Under the pieces are notes generated by a model. It was not told where the DNA came from. It was given only the letters and a program-made list of their open reading frames with translations, and searched no databases. From NCBI GenBank assembly GCA_030684405.1, contig JAUXYA010000032.1:238764-302763 (forward strand): a stretch of DNA of 64,000 nt, in the 5' to 3' direction. Origin of the DNA: Burkholderiales bacterium. Lineage in GTDB: Bacteria > Pseudomonadota > Gammaproteobacteria > Burkholderiales > SG8-41. The position numbers and the translations under genes were made by a program. Position 1 is the first letter of the stretch, and every line of letters begins with the position of its first letter. Below, in pieces: positions 58,483 through 64,000 of this stretch.

Positions 58483-59448
58483 TTAAAGCTGCTTGATGCC
58501 GGCTTTTTTGATGACGTTGGCGTACTTTTCGGTTTCGGCGCGGATGAACTTGCCGAACTCCTCGATGGTGCCTCCCTTGGTGATCAGCCCGTCGCGGTCG
58601 AAGCGCTCGCGGACGTCCTTCATGTCCAGCGCCTTGTTCACGTCGGCATTGATCTTATTGACGATGTCGCGTGAAACCTTGCTCGGCGCCATCAGGCCAA
58701 ACCAGTTGCTGGCCTCATAGCCCTTGACGCCCGACTCGTGGAAAGTGGGAATCTCGGGCACCGCCGGAAAACGCTCAAGGCTGCTGATCGCGATCGGGCG
58801 CAGACGCCCGGACTTGATGTGCGGCACCAGCGCCGGCACGCCGCTGAACACCATTTCGACATTGCCCGAAATGGCGTCCGTGATGGAGGGCGTGTTGCCC
58901 TTGTACGGAACATGCACGATGTTAATACCGGCCATGTACTTCAGCAGCTCGCCTGCCATGTGGTTGGAACTGCCCAGTCCGGCATGGCCGTAGTTGAGTT
59001 GGCCCGGACGCGACTTGGCCAATGCGATCAGTTCCTTTACGTTTTTTGCCGGCAAAGAGGGATGCGCGGCGAGCAGTGCGGCCCCCTGTACACACCAGAT
59101 CACCGGCTGGAAGTCACGCGCGGTGATGTAAGGCGGTTTGGCATAGAGCGTCATGTTGATCGCGTTGGAGGCGCCGCCCATGAACAGCGTGTAACCGTCA
59201 GGTGCGGCGGTGGCCGCGAGTTCCGAGCCGATGTTGGTGGCGCCGCCAGGCCGATTGTCGACGATCACCTGCTGACCCCACATTTCCGAAACCTTGGCGG
59301 CGACGGTGCGCGCCGTGTAATCGGTGTTGCCGCCGGCGGCATAGGGTACGATGATGCGCACCGTGCGCGCGGGCCAGTTCTGGGCCAGCACAGGCGCTGC
59401 TGCCACCAGCAGCCCGAGACCCACGATCAAACCATTGAATTTTTTCAT
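58483..59448 (-). CDS. Bug/TctC-family periplasmic substrate-binding protein 4
   Basis: Start MKKFNGL… at 59448 follows GGAGGAA. Signal peptide and TVRIIVPYAAGGNTDYTAR signature; same subfamily as Bug-2. Confidence 0.85.
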   Translation of the reverse strand: MKKFNGLIVGLGLLVAAAPVLAQNWPARTVRIIVPYAAGGNTDYTARTVAAKVSEMWGQQVIVDNRPGGATNIGSELAATAAPDGYTLFMGGASNAINMTLYAKPPYITARDFQPVIWCVQGAALLAAHPSLPAKNVKELIALAKSRPGQLNYGHAGLGSSNHMAGELLKYMAGINIVHVPYKGNTPSITDAISGNVEMVFSGVPALVPHIKSGRLRPIAISSLERFPAVPEIPTFHESGVKGYEASNWFGLMAPSKVSRDIVNKINADVNKALDMKDVRERFDRDGLITKGGTIEEFGKFIRAETEKYANVIKKAGIKQL

Positions 59449-60458
59449 ATTTCCTCCTTCGTTGTGGCGGTTACCCGCACTTCGTTGTTGATTGGCTTGC
59501 CCCGGTGCCAGCATTCGAGGTTGGCCAGGAACATCTCATACACCCGGTCATCGTTGCCCAGCGCTGCGGCCGAATTGTGCGGGGAAACCAGCACATTGGG
59601 CAGGGTCCACAGCGGCGAATCCGCCGGCAGGGGTTCCTTTTCGAACACGTCGAGATAGGCGCCGCCGAGCCGGCCGTCGCGCAAAGCGGCAACCAGTGCA
59701 GTTTCGTCGATGATCTCGCCGCGCGCAACATTGATGATGTGCGCCCCTGCGGGCAGGTGCGCAAGCATCTTCGCGTTGATCAGGCCGCGGGTGTCAGCAG
59801 TCAGTGGCGCAGCCAGTACCAGCCAGTCGGCGCGCCGCAGCAGGGTTGCCAGTTGCGGCGGCGGGTGCAGTTCGTCAACCGGATCGCCCGGTTGCGGCGG
59901 GCTGCGGCGGATGCCGATCACCTTGAGCCCCAGCGCCTGTGCCAGGCGGGCGATTTCGCGGCCAATGCTGCCCAGGCCGTAGACCAGCACAATCTGGCCG
60001 GCGAGATCGCGCGGGACGTTGGGTACCCGCATCGGATCCCAGCGATGTTCATGCTGCGCGCGGATCCAGCGCGGGACATTGCGGGCCAGCATCAGCAGCC
60101 CGGCGATCGCCGTCTGTGCGATAGGCACTGCCGTAGTACCCGCGGAAGTGCTCAGGCGCGCGCCACGCTCGAGCATTTCACTGAAGATCGGATGGTCGAC
60201 GCCGGCGTTGAACACATGCAGCCATTTCAATGCGGGCGCCTTGCGCACCGTCGAAAAAAACTGGCGCCCGTGCTGCGGAATCACGTCCGACGAGAAAAAA
60301 GCGAGATCGATCCGCGCGCATTCGGCGGCCTCGAGCCGGCTTTCCGGATCAGCGGGCAACACGACCAGCTCCAGTTCAATGTCAAGCTGCCGCGCTCGCA
60401 CAGCGAGGTCCGCGCCGCGTTCGGCATGCAGTCGGTGGGAGACGAGCAGGGTGGTCAT
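59445..60458 (-). CDS. D-isomer-specific 2-hydroxyacid dehydrogenase
   Basis: NAD fold GLGSIGREIA and catalytic Arg/Glu/His region (…INVARGEIIDE…VSPHNS…). Start MTTLLVSH at 60458; ATGA overlap with Bug-4. Confidence 0.85.
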   Translation of the reverse strand: MTTLLVSHRLHAERGADLAVRARQLDIELELVVLPADPESRLEAAECARIDLAFFSSDVIPQHGRQFFSTVRKAPALKWLHVFNAGVDHPIFSEMLERGARLSTSAGTTAVPIAQTAIAGLLMLARNVPRWIRAQHEHRWDPMRVPNVPRDLAGQIVLVYGLGSIGREIARLAQALGLKVIGIRRSPPQPGDPVDELHPPPQLATLLRRADWLVLAAPLTADTRGLINAKMLAHLPAGAHIINVARGEIIDETALVAALRDGRLGGAYLDVFEKEPLPADSPLWTLPNVLVSPHNSAAALGNDDRVYEMFLANLECWHRGKPINNEVRVTATTKEEI

Positions 60459-60566
60459 TGCGGAGGGGCGCTGCCGGAAACGACGGAAGAGCGGAGATTC
60501 TAACCGCTCTTTGCTAACATGCACGATACGAACAACATTGCCATATCTTCTCGAAAAGTCCATTCA

Positions 60567-61700
60567 ATGGAAATCAATACCCTGGAACTGACACAGCAGC
60601 TGATCGCGCGTCCTTCGGTCTCGCCCGAAGATGCCGGTTGTCTTGATCTGGTCATCGCGCAGTTGAAGCCGCTGGGCTTTGACTGCGAGATCATCGCCAG
60701 CAACGGCACCACCAACCTGTGGGCGCGCCGCGGCCGCACTGCGCCGCTGGTCTGTTTTGCCGGGCACACCGACGTCGTGCCCACCGGACCCGTCGAAAAC
60801 TGGGGCATCGATCCTTTCACGCCGACAATCCGCGATGGCGTGTTGTACGGCCGCGGTGCTTCCGATATGAAAACCTCGATTGCCGCATTTGTGGTGGCCA
60901 TCCGCGGGTTTGTCGAAGCGAACCCCGAACACCCCGGCTCGCTGGCGGTGATGTTTACCTCCGACGAGGAAGGGCCCGCCACCGACGGCACGGTGCGAGT
61001 AGTCGAGGCGCTGGCACGGCGCGGCGAAAAACTCGATTACTGCATCGTCGGCGAACCGACCTCGGTCAAACAGCTCGGCGACACCATCAAGAACGGCCGC
61101 CGCGGTTCGCTGACCGGCATTCTTGCCGTGGAAGGTGTGCAGGGCCATGTTGCCTATCCGCACATGGCGCGCAACCCGATTCATGAGGTCGCGCCGGCGA
61201 TTGCCGAGCTTGCCGCCGCCGAGTGGGATCGCGGAAATGAATATTTTCCGCCGACGACCTGGCAGATCTCGAATTTCAATGCCGGAACCGGTGCCAATAA
61301 CGTCATTCCCGGCAGCGCCCGCGTACAGTTCAACTTCCGCTTCTCCACGGCCAGCACGGTCGAATCGCTGCAGACCCGGGTCCACGGTATCCTCGACAAG
61401 CATGACCTGAAGTACGACCTCGAATGGCGGCTCGACGGACGCCCTTTCCTTACGCCCAAAGGCGATCTCGTCGCGGCGGTGGCGCAGGCAATCAAGGAGA
61501 TCACCGGTGTCGATACCGAGCTGTCGACTACCGGCGGCACGTCCGACGGGCGCTTCATCGCCGACATCTGCCCGCAGGTCGTTGAGTTTGGGCCGACAAA
61601 TGCCACCATCCACAAGGTCAACGAATGCCTGCCGGTGGCGGAGATCGAACCGCTGGAGAAGATCTACCGGCGCATCCTGGAGATTCTGCTGCGGCGCTAA
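60567..61700 (+). CDS. dapE: Succinyl-diaminopimelate desuccinylase
   Basis: M20 peptidase with typical DapE N-terminus (…[20 protein letters not shown]…GHTDVVP…); 377 aa. Confidence 0.92.
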   Translation: MEINTLELTQQLIARPSVSPEDAGCLDLVIAQLKPLGFDCEIIASNGTTNLWARRGRTAPLVCFAGHTDVVPTGPVENWGIDPFTPTIRDGVLYGRGASDMKTSIAAFVVAIRGFVEANPEHPGSLAVMFTSDEEGPATDGTVRVVEALARRGEKLDYCIVGEPTSVKQLGDTIKNGRRGSLTGILAVEGVQGHVAYPHMARNPIHEVAPAIAELAAAEWDRGNEYFPPTTWQISNFNAGTGANNVIPGSARVQFNFRFSTASTVESLQTRVHGILDKHDLKYDLEWRLDGRPFLTPKGDLVAAVAQAIKEITGVDTELSTTGGTSDGRFIADICPQVVEFGPTNATIHKVNECLPVAEIEPLEKIYRRILEILLRR

Positions 61701-61719
61701 GCGCTGCCGGCACGTCGCC

Positions 61720-62157
61720 ATGGATGCCTTCATGCAGGCCGCGATCGACGAAGCCCGGTGCGGGCTGGCAGAGGGCGGCATCCCCATCGGTTCGGTGCTC
61801 GTGCACCAGGGGCGCATCATTGGACGCGGCCACAACCGCCGCGTGCAGTGCGGCAGCGCCATCCTGCACGGCGAAATGGATGCCTTTGAAAGTGCCGGTC
61901 GCCAGCCGGCACAGGTCTACCGCGAGTCCGTGCTCTATACCACGCTGTCGCCCTGCGCAATGTGCAGCGGTGCGATCCTGCTCTACGGCATTCCTCGGGT
62001 GGTCGTAGGCGAAAACCGCACGTTCATGGGTGAAGAAGCGCTGCTGGGTGCACGTGGCGTCTCGGTCGAAGTGCTGCAGGATGAAACCTGCATCGTGCTG
62101 ATGCGGGAGTTCATTTCCGCTCAGCCGCAGCTGTGGAACGAGGATATCGGCGTCTAG
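61720..62157 (+). CDS. Cytosine deaminase, FCY1/CDA-fold type (CMP/dCMP deaminase zinc-binding family)
   Basis: HGEM…PCAMC zinc motifs and end-to-end resemblance to the yeast FCY1-type enzyme (…LYTTLSPCAMCSGAILLYGIPRVVVGEN…WNEDIGV). Confidence 0.85.
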   Translation: MDAFMQAAIDEARCGLAEGGIPIGSVLVHQGRIIGRGHNRRVQCGSAILHGEMDAFESAGRQPAQVYRESVLYTTLSPCAMCSGAILLYGIPRVVVGENRTFMGEEALLGARGVSVEVLQDETCIVLMREFISAQPQLWNEDIGV

Positions 62158-63398
62158 CTGCCTTTCCGAGAATTTAGCCAGTTGAGCACGCCCAGCCCCG
62201 CTGCCCTGCCGGTTCCAAAACACGCCGTCAGCAGATAACCCCCGGTCGGCGCTTCCCAGTCGAGCATTTCCCCTGCGCAGAATACGCCGGGCATTTCGCG
62301 CAGCATCAGATGTTCATCCAGTGCTTCGAAGGGCACGCCGCCGGCGCTGCTGATGGCCTCGTCGATCGGACGCGGCGCAGTCAGTTTCAGCGGCAGTGCC
62401 TTGATGGTCGCGGCGAGTCGCTGCGGATCGTGCATCGCTTCGGAGGTCAGGGCTTCTCGCAGCAAGCCGGCCTTGACGCCTTTCAGACCGAGGCGACTCT
62501 GCAGATGTGTGGTCAGTGAACGCGAACCGCGGGGATGTGACACCTCCGTTATTACCCGTGCGGCATCGTGGTCGGGCAGCAGATCGAGATACAGCGTTGC
62601 GTGACCCTGTGCCGCGATGGTGTCACGCAACGGTGCCGACAGCGCGTAAATGAGGCTGCCTTCGACCCCATAGTCACTGACCACGAATTCGCCATTGCGG
62701 TGATGAATCATCCCGGCTGCATCAGTCACCGATACGACCACGGCTTTTACCGGCTGCCCGGCGTAACGAACCCGTAGGTGTGTGCTCCACGACACTTCAA
62801 ATCCGCAATTCGCCGGTTTCAGGGGCGCGACAGCAATGCCGTGTGCTTCGAGCAGCGACACCCAGGCGCCGTCGGAACCCAGCCGTGCCCAGCTGCCGCC
62901 GCCGAGGGCGAGTATGGTGCAGCGGGGACGCACCGTTTGTTCGCCTTGTGGCGTGGCGAAACGCAGGCCGCCATCTTCGTTCCAGCCGGTCCAGCGATGG
63001 CGCACGTGGATGCGCAGGCCAGCCGCGCGCAGACGATGCAGCCAGGCACGCAGCAGTGGTGCGGCCTTCATCTCTTTGGGAAACACCCGCTGCGAAGTGC
63101 CGACGAAGGTCGCAACGCCGAGCCCGTGCACCCAGTCGCGCAGCTGTGTGGCACCGAAACCGGCCAGCATGTTTTCGAGTTGCGCTGTGCGCACGCCGTA
63201 ACGCGTCAGGAATTTTTCAGTCGCTTCGGCATGGGTGAGGTTCAGCCCGCCTTTCCCGGCAAGCAGGAATTTTCGCCCTACAGAAGGCATCGCATCGTAG
63301 AGATCAACCGTGATGCCTCCGGCGAGCAGCGTTTCTGCAGCCATCAGTCCCGCGGGGCCACCGCCGATCACGACGGCGGAGGCGGAGGTTACAGCCAC
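62154..63398 (-). CDS. HI0933/BaiN-like NAD(P)/FAD-dependent oxidoreductase
   Basis: N-terminal VVIGGGPAGLMAAE dinucleotide fold. The GTG at 63398 is the likely start, and the long upstream extension looks like a GC-shadow. 4-nt convergent overlap with the deaminase gene. Confidence 0.8.
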   Translation of the reverse strand: MAVTSASAVVIGGGPAGLMAAETLLAGGITVDLYDAMPSVGRKFLLAGKGGLNLTHAEATEKFLTRYGVRTAQLENMLAGFGATQLRDWVHGLGVATFVGTSQRVFPKEMKAAPLLRAWLHRLRAAGLRIHVRHRWTGWNEDGGLRFATPQGEQTVRPRCTILALGGGSWARLGSDGAWVSLLEAHGIAVAPLKPANCGFEVSWSTHLRVRYAGQPVKAVVVSVTDAAGMIHHRNGEFVVSDYGVEGSLIYALSAPLRDTIAAQGHATLYLDLLPDHDAARVITEVSHPRGSRSLTTHLQSRLGLKGVKAGLLREALTSEAMHDPQRLAATIKALPLKLTAPRPIDEAISSAGGVPFEALDEHLMLREMPGVFCAGEMLDWEAPTGGYLLTACFGTGRAAGLGVLNWLNSRKGS

Positions 63399-64000
63399 TT
63401 CGCCTTGCGGAAGCGCCAGAACAGGTAGCCGTCGATCGTTGCCATCACGCCCAGCACCAGCGGATAACCCCATGGCCATTTCAGTTCCGGCATGTACTCG
63501 AAGTTCATGCCGTAGATGCCCGCGATCATCGTCGGCACCGCAACCAGCGCCGCGTAGCTGGCGAGGCGTTTGGTGACTTCGGTTTCCTGTACCGTGATCA
63601 TGGCAAGAGTGACCGACATGGCCGTGGTCACCATGTCGCGGGCGGCGTCGATGCTCTGGTTGATTCGGCCGAGGTGGTCGGCGACGTCCCGGTAATAGTC
63701 GCCCAAGCCCGAACAAATCTGCGGCACTCGCCCGCCATAGAGTTTGCCGACAGCCTCATGCAGAGGGGCGGTGGCGTGTTTCAGCGTCATCAACTTTTGC
63801 TTGAGGTCATAGAGGGCCTCGATATTGGCGCGCGGCGACTTGCCGGCGAATATCTGCTCCTCGATGAGCTCGAGCCGGGTTTCGATGTCATCGAGAATCG
63901 GGAAATAGCGGTCAACCACCGCGTCCATCAGCGCGTAGAGGATGTAGCCGGTGCCGTACTGCATCAGTTCAGGTTCGCGTTCGCAGCGTGTGCGCACGTC
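63389..64000 (-). CDS. corA: Magnesium/cobalt transporter CorA (3' part; 5' end outside the window)
   Basis: C-terminal TM helices with the GMN signature (YGMNFEYMPEL). The ORF runs off the window edge. Confidence 0.85.
   Translation of the reverse strand, partial: DVRTRCEREPELMQYGTGYILYALMDAVVDRYFPILDDIETRLELIEEQIFAGKSPRANIEALYDLKQKLMTLKHATAPLHEAVGKLYGGRVPQICSGLGDYYRDVADHLGRINQSIDAARDMVTTAMSVTLAMITVQETEVTKRLASYAALVAVPTMIAGIYGMNFEYMPELKWPWGYPLVLGVMATIDGYLFWRFRKAKWL

Overview
High-GC, almost fully coding chromosomal window with betaproteobacterium-like gene order. No rRNA, tRNA, CRISPR array, transposase or integrase was recognised.

Core housekeeping (1-38.8 kb and 60.5-64 kb): atpHAGDC, glmU-glmS, two tandem dsbA paralogs, a SPOR protein, argS, priA, hemE, gltBD, a dGTPase-like HD protein, aroKB, pilMNOPQ, mrcA, hemB, engB, cytochrome c4 with resB/ccsA, then dapE, an FCY1-type cytosine deaminase, an HI0933-type flavoprotein and the 3' part of corA.

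Accessory part (38.8-60.5 kb): a glycerophosphodiesterase, a secreted hypothetical protein and a GntR regulator sit upstream. The regulator is divergent from a roughly 14 kb plus-strand gene string. That string encodes a stand-alone 73-aa biotinyl carrier, two paralogous carboxyltransferases, a biotin carboxylase, a family III CoA-transferase, a split ADP-forming acyl-CoA synthetase, an Fe-ADH, a beta-hydroxyacid dehydrogenase, a small ORF and a FlK-like thioesterase. A minus-strand block follows: DMT transporter, membrane protein, enoyl-CoA hydratase and D-2-hydroxyacid dehydrogenase. Four orphan Bug/TctC binding proteins are scattered through both blocks.

Two observations stand out:
1. This CoA-ester/carboxylase island does not map onto any pathway I can name from sequence alone.
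2. An A/T-rich 18-mer (WWTAAAAWCAA-N4-TTA, matching the IHF consensus plus A-tract) recurs eight times. Two copies lie inside the conserved glmS and engB coding sequences, written in atypical AT-rich codons. Two lie just upstream of the carboxyltransferase genes.

All functional calls are by-eye motif and family recognition; no database search was possible.
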